From Amoebidium appalachense (Eukaryota; Protista; Ichthyosporea), in NCBI GenBank assembly GCA_963693365.1, contig CAVNZM010000002.1, positions 3,116,259 through 3,180,258 of the forward strand: 64,000 nt of DNA, in the 5' to 3' direction. Numbering within the stretch: position 1 is the first letter of the stretch; every line of letters starts with the position of its first letter. Positions 27,878 through 43,243 of the stretch are shown here, piece by piece. The notes under the pieces were generated by a model. The model did no database searches. It was not told the DNA's origin and saw nothing but the letters and a program-made list of their open reading frames with translations. Both the position numbers and the translations under genes were made by a program.

Positions 27878-28205
27878 CTCAAATAAAATAAAAAAAATAC
27901 CCCCAAATTGGAGGTACAAACTTTGTAACGTAGGCGCAACAAGAGACTGTCTTTTCATCACACCCTTTATTATCCGTGCGGATTGGGGGGGGAAAGAACA
28001 TACAACGGACCAACTCACAGTCCGGATGCAAAATCCACCATCGTGATCTGCCAAACAACTTGCTTACTGAGTTAAAAACTCAAGGCCCATCCCAACCATG
28101 CAGTGTACAGCCCCACAACCTTCCCCCCCCCCTCCCGGGCCCCCTCCTCCTCCCCCCGGGGCTCCCCCCACCCCCTCCCCCCCCCACCCCCTCCCCCCCC
28201 CTCCC

Positions 28206-28240
<35 letters not shown>

Positions 28241-29270
28241 AGAAAAAAAAAAAAAAAAAAAAAGAGGAATTTCCGAGGAAAAGAAAAAGGAAATTGAAAC
28301 TTGTGTGATACTGAGCCCCATTCCATTGGCACCGTATAACAACCCGAGTTCAAAAGCAGCATGACTCTCACGACGAACCAATCACAGACCCCGTTGCACC
28401 AGAACCCCTGTGTGAAATTTGAAAGGGTCAACTGATGAATGCACATCTTGGAGTCCGCAAATCTATCAACACCTACAACATATACATACCGTTGACAATA
28501 TATCTCGAAATCCAAAAAAAAGTTTTTTCCGGAGATCCTGGCTGGGTTAGAGCCGAAAGAGCCTTACACCTTCAATATCAAATGGTGTTAATGTGCATCA
28601 AACAGCATTGTCGCCTAACCCGAAAGGGCCCATCAATCGCCTAAAAGAAACCCCTTTGAAGTTGCCACCACCACCACCACCCCATCCCCTCCCTCCCCTC
28701 CCCCCCCCCCCCCCCCCCCCCCTCTCCCCCCCTTCCCCCCCCTTCCCCCCAATTTTTTTTGGTCGCATCCTGCCTTCCTCAGCCCCCCCCCTTCCCCTAA
28801 ATATTTGTAGACCACCAAACTCTGAAACGAAGCAGCCGGGAAAAAAACACTTACATGCTGCAAGCAAACCACTCATAGTGATACGAAAAAACATGGTAGT
28901 CAGATGCAGAAAACGCGTACGAAACAGGCGGCACATATATGTTCGTACCCTTGATCCGACCCATCGGGATGGAACCTCTTCTGGATTTGAAGGAGTCTTT
29001 CCTTAAGCCTCTCCATTCTCTTTGTGCTTAGGCCACGTTTCACCAGGCGGTCATACTTCCCCACAGGGTCCTCGGGATCGATTGTGCTGCAATGCTGCTG
29101 TGTTTTTTTTTTGTTTTTTTTTTGGTTGGGAGGGGAGGGGGGGAGGGGGGAGGGGGGGAGGGGGGGGGGGGGAGGGAGGGAGGGAGGTAGGTGCCGGGTT
29201 GGAGGTAGGGGTGGGGTGGAGTGGGATGAAGTGGGATGAGATGAACGTATTGAACAGGGGAGAGCAGAAA

Positions 29271-29334
<64 letters not shown>

Positions 29335-30239
29335 GGGGGGGGGGGGGGGGGGGGGGGGCTGAGGGCTGTGAGTAGCCTGTCTGCACGGCTTTAGAAGAAG
29401 ATGTGTGCTACGTTGTGTGAGGCTGCAATTTGCTTGATTGCAAAATGATGCCACGTGGGTCAGGGGATGAGATGCATATGCAGGAGGGGGGGGGGGGGGG
29501 AGGGGGGAGGGGGGGGGGGGGGGGAGGGGATAAGGAGGGAAAGAGCGGAAAAAACAGCAGAGAAGCAAGAAATCATCTGAAAAAGAAAAGAGGTTTCCAG
29601 CAACCGTTGGTGACCCTGATACTGGCAGCATGGTGAGTTAGGTGGTTATGAGTGTGCCTATTTTTTTTAATTTTTTTTATTTCATTTTTATTTTTTTATT
29701 TGTTTTTTTTTGGGGGGGGGGGGGAGGGGGGAAAGGGGTACATACAGATAGCGCAGTCTTATGATGCGGCCACGCTGGATCATAGCACTTAGAGCCTCAC
29801 GGGCACACTGCATCTGATCAACCGTACTCTCTTGATCGAGGAATGCAGGCTCAGCCTCGTTTCGGAGGACCTTTTGAATGGCCTGTTGGGTGGCATCAGA
29901 TAGAGTCCGTTTTCCCACTTTGGAGTGGGTCTTTCGGACACGTGTCAGGATGTTGAAAAGGTGGATACCTTCTATGATTTCTTGTTGAAGACGTTTGCGC
30001 TCGGTGAACCTGCATTAAAAGGGGGAGAGGGGGAGAGGGGGAGGGGAGGAAGGGGAGGGAGGGGAGGGCAGAGGTGGGGAGGGAGGGGGAGGGGGAGGGG
30101 GTGCCCGGTCGGCACGCGGGGGGGGGGGGGGGGGGGGGGGGAGGGGAGGGGGAGGGGGGGGGGAGGGGGGGGGGAGAATGTGTGTGTGTGTATTTGGGGG
30201 GGGGGGAGGGGGGAGGGAGGAGGAGAGGGGAGGGGAATG

Positions 30240-30275
<36 letters not shown>

Positions 30276-31247
30276 AGTGAGACTCGTGGTGTGTGTGTGC
30301 ATGTGCAATTGCAATGTTAATATGCATATTAGGTGTGTGCATGCTGTGAGCTCGAGTCCACGGATGTCTAATGTAGGACCCGGAGCCTGGTGCACCAGGC
30401 TCCGTGTGCGAACGCATGCTCTTTGTGCGACAGCGTGTGTGTGCGACAGCGTGTGTGCGTGCTGTGTGTATGCATGTCACGATCTGTGTTCTTGGCTCTC
30501 AATGAAAATCCAAAAACGCCCTATATTTCTTTGACAGCTACTTCAAAAGACACCCATCGGCGAAATCCATATACTAAGAACATTTTCCCAACTTCCTATA
30601 CCTAAGTTGCACGAAACCCTTAAAATCAGAAAAAACTAGCCTTACACGACCAAGCACACTCTTCAGCTCTTAACAGACCTCTTCCCATTCCCCCCCCCCC
30701 CCCCCCCCCCCCCCCTCCATGGTCCCCCCGCCGCCGCCGCCAGTCATAAACATAAACAGACACCCGTAAAAAGTCACATACGTGCTGTGTGCATCGTCTA
30801 TCCCCTGCAACTTGAAGGGCGCCTCCTCATAGTCTTTGTGGTCCTGCAGTAGGGGTAGGTTATCGTCTTGTGTTTAAAAAGGGGTTCTTTAAGGTATCCG
30901 GGCCGGGTCAGACACGAAAGTGATTAACACTCTATGATTGGCCATATGTGTTAGCCATTTGGTGTAAACCGAAAGGGCCCGTTAGTCAGACTAAAGAAAC
31001 CCTCTTCAATGCTAAATTCATCATTCGGACAACTGTTGCAGTCGAGAGATGAACTGCCACAAAAACAACTTGAACAAAACGAATTACTACCAAGTTTTAA
31101 ACCGAAACTACGAAAAACTCTAAACCAATTTTAGAAATATGAAGAAAACGAATCTACTAGTACCAACGTGCACGTGAATAAGAGGGAAAAAAAAAAGAAG
31201 GGGAGGGGGGATGGGGTGGAAAAAATGAAAACGAAACAAAAAAAAAA

Positions 31248-31289
<42 letters not shown>

Positions 31290-31364
31290 GAAGGAAGGGA
31301 AGGAAGAAACTTTATTCTTCGAAAATCTAATAGTAAAGCAAAAATCTCCTATGAACGTCAAGAT

Positions 31365-31408
<44 letters not shown>

Positions 31409-31546
31409 GATACTACCAATGTCCAATTTGAACATATGAACAAACCGAATCTGCTAACAGCGAAAAAATGCATTATAGAAAAAGTTACCACCAACGTGTA
31501 GATAATCTTCGAAACGACTTGCCTGGTTTTCTGTCACGGAGTTCAT
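27622..31546 (-). CDS. Hypothetical protein, 226 aa, no family recognised
   Basis: Seven exons with GT-AG ends whose phases all match: 31546-31496, 30843-30782, 30009-29746, 29086-28949, 28462-28390, 28047-28019, 27685-27622. Product MNSVTENQASRFEDYLHDHKDYEEAPFKLQGIDDAHSTFTERKRLQQEIIEGIHLFNIL...RGRIIRLRYLTIDPEDPVGKYDRL...GCPTSLILEIDQYTK*. Confidence 0.78.
28511..28660. mobile_element. Decayed ~150-bp foldback element, copy 1 (possible Kolobok/T2-like MITE)
   Basis: Shares gggt(t/c)aga..cgaaag, ccgaaagggccc and ctaaa(a)gaaaccc with the copy at 30874-31009. Right end AAACCCCT-TTGA resembles CCCCT-TTAA; left end is eroded. Confidence 0.45.
30874..31009. mobile_element. Decayed ~135-bp foldback element, copy 2 (possible Kolobok/T2-like MITE)
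   Basis: Inverted ends AGGGGTTCTTTA / TAAAGAAACCCT, with TTAA near the left end and TCAA at the right. Homologous to 28511-28660. Confidence 0.5.
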
Positions 31547-32269
31547 GTTGACTTCTGTGTTTTCCACGTAGTGACCGGGAGACTCTAACCCCCCGTCACC
31601 ACCCCCTCCCTGGTACTCAGACATTTTCTCGGCAGAAAAAGCAAGAAACTGGCAAGTGTTTGCTTTTGCCTGCGTATTTCGTTCAAATGTGTGTTAAGGC
31701 TTGCTCAGGCTTCAGGCAATATTGCTGCTGGTTAATTTTTGCTGACGTCTACGAAGCAAACAGAAATTGAACTCTGCACGTGTACGTACGTACGAACGTG
31801 AGTTTGGTGGTTGTTTCTCGCTCTGCACACGAGCAAATTCAGGCAGAAGACGCAAAAACACAAGAATATCGAATGTGAAAGGTATCTTGCCTGCCCGGCT
31901 GGCGAAATCTCCGTACGGTGAAGGGAACCCAAACGTGCCCCGCCCCACGCCTCAATGATGTTCCTTGTTGGAACGACCGTACCTGGCAGTGCTCAATAAC
32001 ACGTGCCCTGCCATATTCATGTTGCTGGGCGCAAAATCGACGCGTTTGACAGATGATTCTTCATACAAGATGAAAGGCTTGCACGCACACGTGTGCACTG
32101 TATCATGCTATTCGCAACCTTTTCCACGTGGATCAGTGCAACTGAACAACAGAACCAGTAGCATTTACAATGTTTAGTTAGACGTGGAAGCCAGTGAACC
32201 TAGCGATGCCTCGAGGGATAGCTGGTGTACTGGTACCTACCAGCAAATGTTTCATCAATTCAAGAAAGG

Positions 32270-32377
<108 letters not shown>

Positions 32378-33022
32378 TGGGGGGGGGGGGGGAAACAGGC
32401 AATGCTGTTAACCGGGGATAGAAATCAGATACGGTGGGGGTGGGGTGGCGATGTTTGTTTGGGGGGGGGGGGGGGGGGGGGAGGGGGGGGAGGGGAGGGG
32501 GGAGGGGGGGGGGGGGGGAGGGAGGCGGGGGGGGGGGGGGGTGGGGGGATACAAACGTTGCAAAAAGGGGGGCGGAGCGGGGATAGGGATAATGGGTGAT
32601 TTAGAATGCATTTCAGAGTACGAGGTACGGTAACCATAGCATGACGGACAACACGGTCTGTGTGTGTCCGGTGTGCATGTGTGGTTTTTCTTCTTCTTTT
32701 TCTTTCTTTTTTTTTTTTGGGTGGGTGGGTGGGTGGGGGGGGGGGGGGGGGGGGAGGGGGGGATACAAATAGTTGTCATAGGAGTGGCAGTGCTCCTATT
32801 TCCGGGATTTAGATTTTCTATTTGATTGCTAAGCGGTCGACATATCCGCAGATTGGTGACATGTATTTACATATTTTCCATTATGGCAAAATTTACCCCA
32901 TTTACAGATATTAGGGTATATCACATTTGAGAAGGAAAACCGAGTCGTTTAGTCACTGTTCTACTTCGATATCATAGTAGTAGGTTATTTGTAATGTCTC
33001 GTCCATGGTGTGTCTAGCCTGG

Positions 33023-33111
<89 letters not shown>

Positions 33112-33456
33112 GGGTGTGTGCGCACGTGCATATCATACCAATTGAATGCTAAAACATTGCACACATCCACCTTCATAGTTGTTGCCTGCAATACTGCTTT
33201 CATGCGAGTTTGCTAGCTAATAAATTAACGGTATTAAGAATTTAGTTAACCCAAAGCGGTCAAGCTTAATGTTTCGGAAAACATTCTGATTCGCCAGTCA
33301 TTTCGAATAATCTCCCTGCTAACCTCTTATTTACCCATATACGGTATTAACCTCATATTCCAACATTTATATGATTCCAGCAAAATATGCGTCAAATCGG
33401 CACCTCATATATTAGACTGCCACTGCAATGTATTGGCCATTGATCACCCCCAACAC

Positions 33457-36450
<2,994 letters not shown>

Positions 36451-37489
36451 AAACTCTCTTCATGGTAGATAACTTCATCTCTGTAGATAGTAAATCGCAA
36501 TCAGCTGTTGAGTCCATCACATATGCTAATAACAGTATGACCGGTATGATCAACTTTATTATCGCTGTGCACAATTAAAAAAGGCTTAATTAGTCATATG
36601 GTGTTTTTTTTTAATAGTATTTCTTTAGTGTAATCTAATTAACATGCACAAGTTTAGCAAAACCTTGCTGAGATAATATTTTGAAACTTTTTCTATGATG
36701 TCAGAGGTGCGCTGCTCGCCAATCATAACCCCTGGGCCAGCGTCCTTTGTTGGGTCCTTGTAAAGCAATGCAGCTATTACAAATGTATGAGGTAGCGGCG
36801 CGCTTGTATCTAATCACAGTCATTGCTATGACTTTTACCAGTTGTTTATTTGGCTGTATAAAGAAGCACTGAGAGAACAAATTACATGGAAGCTTGAGTT
36901 CTCCTCAGACTTTGGTATTCGCCCAAAAAGGATATTTCTCTTGCCTAGCCAATTAATTTAATCGCAGATTTGTTATCCAGCGTTACGCAATAGACGCCCA
37001 TCGAATTAGGAAACACTTGCTGACTTGAATCCAATCAACTACAAAGAAACAGTTGCTTCACACAGAAAACCAATGAGCATCCGTGCAACTTTAGAGGGCG
37101 CGCAGAAACGCATGTCAAAAAAGTCTTCCGCGGGCAAAACTCCCTTATTAAAAATAATTCGAAAGTAGAATTTGACTATGGCCAAACAAAATAAGTAAAA
37201 ACAGAAAAAGTATTTTGAAACCCAAAAACCCAATCAATGCTATCTTTAATCCCCTTAGGAAGACACACTTATACAGGTATACGATGTTCTGCCTTGCCTT
37301 CGTCCGAGTTTACGTTTTGCCCCCCTTTCCACAAACTGAGCCATATTAGCGCTACACTTTCCACATTTTTGTCTTTTCTTTTTAGGCCCAAACATCGTTT
37401 CAACCTTCTCAGTTTGCGGAAAGAGAAAACTGTGGCTGATAAAGTGAAACCTTTGTACTGTTACTTCCATTGAGAAAGTAATCGGCACC

Positions 37490-38013
37490 ATGTCTAGCTC
37501 CGATGAACACGCAAAGACAGAGACTCAGGAGATTCTTGCCGGCCACCCTAAAGCAGGTAGGCAACACCAACTGGTTTCCCTTCACGCTCGAAGCTCTGGT
37601 TTGCTATTTGAAGCAAAGAGCAAGGCTTGATGTTAGCACGGAGCAACACGGGCGGGGCTCCTTGTGTTGTTACCTTGCTTTGTGGCACACTGCAACAACA
37701 CATCTTGCTGGAGTGATAGCATAGACGCTCTCCACCACTGCTCTTTCTTTGCTGTTTCTGAGAGCCTGAGAGGCCACACAGGTTATTGTTTTGCCTACCG
37801 GCTGATGTTTCTGTCTGGGGGTAAAAGCCATGCTGGGCCAGTTAATAAAGAATTAGGTTTATATTTGCTGTTGGGTATCTTGTGTGTGCCTCTCAATAGC
37901 TGCCCATGCTTGTTGGGCTCCGTGTTGCAGCTTCTGTGATGGTTTTCTTGTGTTCTTTTCTCTATCCCTAGGCCTCACTTCCCCTGTGTGTGTGTCTGTG
38001 TCTGTGTCTGTGT

Positions 38014-38051
<38 letters not shown>

Positions 38052-38114
38052 GCTTTTTCCTGTGTTGCTTTCTCTACTTCGCTTCCCCTGTGTGTGTGTG
38101 TGTGTGTGCATGTG

Positions 38115-38152
<38 letters not shown>

Positions 38153-38368
38153 TGTGTGTGATGTTTGGTTTTCGCATGTGTGTAAGTACACATGTTCTGC
38201 TCGTGTTCGCATCTGTACACCGGTGGTGTGAATGTGTCAAGAAGAGTTGATGGTTTTACGCAACCGACGATCACAGGTGTTTTTAAAAGGGGACACGAAT
38301 GCCCCCTCGCCCCCCCTGCCCCGCCACTGTCCCCGCGCCCTCTATTTCCCCTCTGCTCCTCTCCTCCT

Positions 38369-38402
<34 letters not shown>

Positions 38403-39064
38403 CCCCCCCAATACCCACACGCCTGCACATTCACCCAGCCAGCCCATCAGTGTGGATGATTACGATTGGTGGCAACAGTCCCCATACCTTTTACAACACC
38501 TTGCTAACAACTAACGCTTATCTCGCCTCTATCCTTTGCAGTGATGGCGGGAGGAATGCGCATCAAGCAGGCAGCTCACCACCACCCCGTCAAGCCGTAA
38601 GTCCACCGCATGCTTTCGGGGGGGTTCGTTTGTTGTTTTTGGGGCCTATGTGACTGACAATTGGGGGGCAGGGCAAACCGCATGGGGGTTCAAGAGAAAG
38701 CAGAAGCTGAGCGCACACGCAATGCTAGCGAGAGTACCAGCGACACGGAGGGTGAGAAGAAAAAGGAGGAAAAGGGTGAGTTACCTGTATGGTTTCGGGA
38801 TTGCGGTTTTGTGTGTTTTGGGAGAAGGGGAAAGCTCCTGAGGGGTGGGGGAGGAGAGGGGAAGGGGGGGGGCGGGGGGGGGGGGGGGGGAGGGTGTGTG
38901 GGTGCGTGCGTGGGGCGGGGGGAGGGGGAGGGGGCGGGAAGCAATAACGGAGGCTGAGCGTAGCATGGATGTGGTGTGTTGGTGTGCTCAGTTGAAGAGT
39001 GGGGTTTATGTATGAATTCTTGCAGTGCCTTTGGAAACGGCATTTAGAGTGTGCTTCATCCCCC

Positions 39065-39097
<33 letters not shown>

Positions 39098-39747
39098 ATC
39101 CCTTATTCGTCTATGATCACATCGCTTTCCCGTACTTTTCTACTGCCATATGTTTAATTAGGCTGAATATTTAACAAACCCACACATTCCTTTAATGGAT
39201 TGGCACAAACATTCTTTTGTATAGGGAATGGACGAGTGTGTGTGTGTGTGTGTGTGCATGGGTGGAGGGGTAGGGGGAGGGGGAGGAGGGTCTTGCTCTT
39301 GATCCGTTTAACCCCGTCGAGCTCTGTTGCAAATGTGATACAAAAACACATGCACATGTATGTACCTCTGGGATGCAAGGAGGGAGGGGGGGTGGAGGGG
39401 GAGGGAGGATTGAGCAACCACATGCAAGTAACTTCACCGAATACGATTGCATTGTAGAGTCGAAGTTTTTGTCCGCTACCTGGTCCGTATGCTGCCCCCC
39501 CGCTTGCTTGTCTGTACAACTAACATCCTTCCCCCCCCCCCCCCCCCGCCCCCCCCTCCCCCAACACACAGACCCAACCCACTCTCCCCTTAACAACCAA
39601 ACACACGCGCACACACTCACACACCCATCCCCGTCCTTCTCCACGACAGCTAAACATACACACCGGTCCGAAGACAAGCCTGGGCCTACGCATCTGGACC
39701 GCCGGAATAGTGGAGGGGCTCCCATCCCCATCCAGCAGCCGCGCTGA
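37490..39747 (+). CDS. DAP1: Death-associated protein 1 (DAP1/DAPL1 family) homologue, 107 aa
   Basis: Exons 37490-37556, 38542-38596, 38672-38775, 39650-39747 (phases 1, 2, 1 match). N-terminal [15 protein letters not shown] corresponds to the family motif AGHPPAVKAGGMRI, and the C-terminus PIQQPR* to IQQPRK. Size matches the ~100-aa family. Confidence 0.88.
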
Positions 39748-39777
39748 GTTTAGACCATAAAAGGTTATAACCAAGAG

Positions 39778-40002
39778 TTTTGATTGGGTGGTCACGAGGA
39801 CACCTTGAAATGTGACTATAAAAGATCATGAAGATTATGAAAGAAAGGCTTTGATGGCGAATTTCTAAAGATGATAAAAAGATGATCAACAGACGTTTTA
39901 TTTCAAATTGGTGGTGTCCAGGCCGCCTTGACATGTGATGATAAAGGCCAAAAAGGAAAAGTTTTTGATGGCAATTAATGTCGAAAATGATATATACATA
40001 TG
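39778..40002. repeat. Degenerate ~115-bp tandem duplication just 3' of the DAP1 stop
   Basis: ggtggtcacgaggacaccttgaaatgtgactataaa...tttgatggcgaattt...agatgata versus ggtggtgtccaggccgccttgacatgtgatgataaa...tttgatggcaattaa...aaatgata. Confidence 0.6.
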
Positions 40003-40611
40003 TAAAGAGAGACTTGACTGAGTTGTCTGCAGGACGCTTGCCCCCCATGCAGAGATGGCAGGGTCCGGTTGCTTAATCAATAAAGCCTCATGGCAAGAAA
40101 AGACTTTGTGCCGGGTTTGCTCATCTCGTATGATTTCTCCTTTTCCTCCAACATGGGTCTCGGGTGTCCTGTGTGTGATTCGACAAGTCAAACGTCTTTT
40201 CACAATTACTGTTCGCAAGCAGAGACCGACGTTCGTTTCAGTCGAGTGTCCGAGTTCTGGCCGAAGAAAACCATGTGTGCATTTGAAATCCAACACAAGA
40301 CTCTGTGCATATGCACCACAAGCTAAAACTGTGTGCATGCACCAACCCACCCAAGACACTGTGTCCCAAGTGCATGGGGAGAGAACATGGGCGGGGCGGG
40401 ACTGGAACACGCAGGGGATATTGATACTACCAAAATATAAGAGTGTTACTAAAAATAGAACGATAAAAATAGAATTTTCGATACGGCCGTGGCGGGAGAG
40501 AGAGGAGGGGGGGGGGGGGGAGGAGAAGGGAGGGAGGGGGGGGGGGGGGGGGGGGGGGAGGGGGATCACAGGCAACGGGAAAAAGGCTTGACAAGTTGAG
40601 GACTAGAAAAT

Positions 40612-40654
<43 letters not shown>

Positions 40655-41281
40655 GGGGGGCGAGGAGGGGCGAGAAGGGAGGGGGAAGGGGGGGGGGGGG
40701 GAAGGTCTCCTACCTCTCCAGTGGAGGGGGAGGGGAGGGGAAGGGGGGGGGGGGGGGGGCATTACTATCATCAGTACCCTCACTTGCACACGTACCCATA
40801 AATAAATGCTGAACACACCGGTGTGCTGGCGCCCACGGGCACAAGAATAATGTAAACCAACACGCACGCACAAAAAAAGCACCGTGGCACACACGAACGC
40901 ACACACGCAAGCACGCATGCATGCACGCACGCACGCACGCACGCTCACATAGAGACAGTCAGACTTTCTCGGACAGACACCGCGACATGAGCATATAAGC
41001 TACACAATAATCTTCAAGCACGTGGTGGGTGCACATCACGTATATGTATATGTGTGCTTCGCCCTGCACGTGCTTGTACGTACTAAACACACACCACATG
41101 GATGGCAAAAAAATACGACCTGCACATGTTATGTTGCTTATGCCTAGCCATCTCCTCCCACTCGTTCTCTCTTCCAATAGTTTGCATGTATGCCTCCCCC
41201 ACCTTAACTCCCCCCCCCCCCCCCCCCACCCCCCCTTTCCCCCCCCGTGCCCTGCTCCCCTCCCTCCCTCCCCCCCTCCCC

Positions 41282-41317
<36 letters not shown>

Positions 41318-41901
41318 CTTCATAGATGCAGGTAATAAGGGGACTCAATGGAAGAATTTTGTATTTGCAACGATATCAGGTTTTGTCACAGGCTGAAGGA
41401 TATGAGCATCCGCACTGGTGAGGCTGGGGCTAACACCCCTATTACATAAGTGGTAGGTAAAATGTTTGTTAGGATTGGTACCGGTGTGTTGGCTTAGCTG
41501 GTTGCACCATTATGATAGCATATTAACCAGCGCACATTCTGTGCTTAGTGGAAGACTGTAGTTTCGACAAGGGATCCGGATTGGATTAAATAAAAAATGG
41601 AAACTTTGGGCCTGATTAGGTGCCTCTACCTCAACCCCCTGCACTGAGTTTTTCTCTGCAGTTCTGCAGGCACTCACTATCACCCATGCCTCAACAAACC
41701 CACTACTCCTACACATCCCCCCCCCCCCCTCCCCCCCCTCTCCCCCACCTCCCCATCCTCCTCTCTTCTCCTTATATAAGGCCTTCTTTTCTTTGGAGAG
41801 CAGCAAGGGGTGGGGGGGGGGGGGGGGGGGGGTAGCGGGAGATGCTGGGGGGAGGGGGGTAAGGGGGTGGGATGGGGGTGGGGGTGGGTGGGTGGGTGGG
41901 G

Positions 41902-41932
<31 letters not shown>

Positions 41933-42403
41933 GGGGGGAGGGGGGGGAGGGGGGGGGGGGGGGGGTAATAATGCCAAGAGATCAGTGTCCGATCATCAGG
42001 CCGATAGCCATATCGCAATAAATTCAGGGTAGCCGATTCGGTAGGTGTGAGTGTAAGCGTGTTTGTGTATCACGGTGTTTGTACGTGTGTGTGTGTGTGT
42101 GTATGTGTGTGTTTGTGTGTGTGTGTGGAGTGTGTATATACGCAAGTGTATGCGCTGCATGGCTTTTGTTTTAGGTGGGAGGGGGTGGGGGGAGGGGGGG
42201 GGGGGGGGGGAGGGGGGAGGGGGGGGGGAGTGGGGGGAGGAGGGGATTTACCAACGTGACAGAGTATCAAGTGCACTCTCATATGCCGGACAAAAGAATG
42301 GCATTGAACAGTTCGCAAAAGAGCACACACAAAGGCTATTCATCTTACTTTCCTTTCCTGAAATTTCTTGAGGGTGGATGTTTGTGTGTGTGTGTCATGG
42401 TGC

Positions 42404-42486
<83 letters not shown>

Positions 42487-43243
42487 CGTGTGTGCGCGTG
42501 TGCGTGCGCGCCCACGCTCGTGCGTGTATATGTGTGATATACGGCCTCGTGGCATTGAACTTAGTAAGTAATGACGTTTGCACACGAGGGTACAGTACTC
42601 ATTATCGCCACCACCAGGGCCGACGTTTGCACACATTCACATACTGTAACACGTGTAATACACGTACGTGCAGCAGCCCGTCCCAATTTGTGAGAACAAT
42701 AATTCACGTCACTCACGCCACTCTCATTTTATCTACGACTCACAAAAGTACACCGTGCCCAAAAGGCTTCGATAACTTACATGGACATCTGCCTTTCGAA
42801 CAGACATGTGTCCCATTTGCAATCGTTTTTTGCATTGGAGTTTAAATGAAACCGAAACTGCAAAAAAATAACAAATGGAAAGGGCACACAGCGCCGTTCT
42901 ACATTTGCAAAAATAGACAAACCCAAAAATACATTTCGAATCATCCTGAGAAAAGGGCAAGGGCAAGGGCGAGACGGGAGGGGGCCGACTCGGGGAGGGG
43001 CGGGAGAGGCGGGAGGGGGAGGGGGGAGGGGGGGGGGGAGGGAGGAGGATGAGGGAGAGGGGGGGGGGGGGGAGAAAAAAACCTCAGCCTTTTCGGCGAA
43101 CTTATCTTGTTGCCATCCCCATTTGAATAACGGGCCATACATTATGAGAAAGCAGTTTGAGCTTGCGTACATTGTACATATGCAAGAACCTTTAGTTAAA
43201 ACTACATTATTATAACCGCATGAAGATATTGTGCACTATCGCA

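Noticed and set aside
30905-31024. Box C/D snoRNA on the minus strand (ATGATGA ... CTGA ... CTGA)
   Set aside because: Boxes are not conserved in the sister copy at 28511-28660 and no convincing rRNA guide was recognised.
39898-40591. Overlapping Cys-rich ORFs as a TnpB/Fanzor or zinc-finger gene
   Set aside because: No RuvC motifs or ordered zinc-finger spacing, and the ORFs run into homopolymers.
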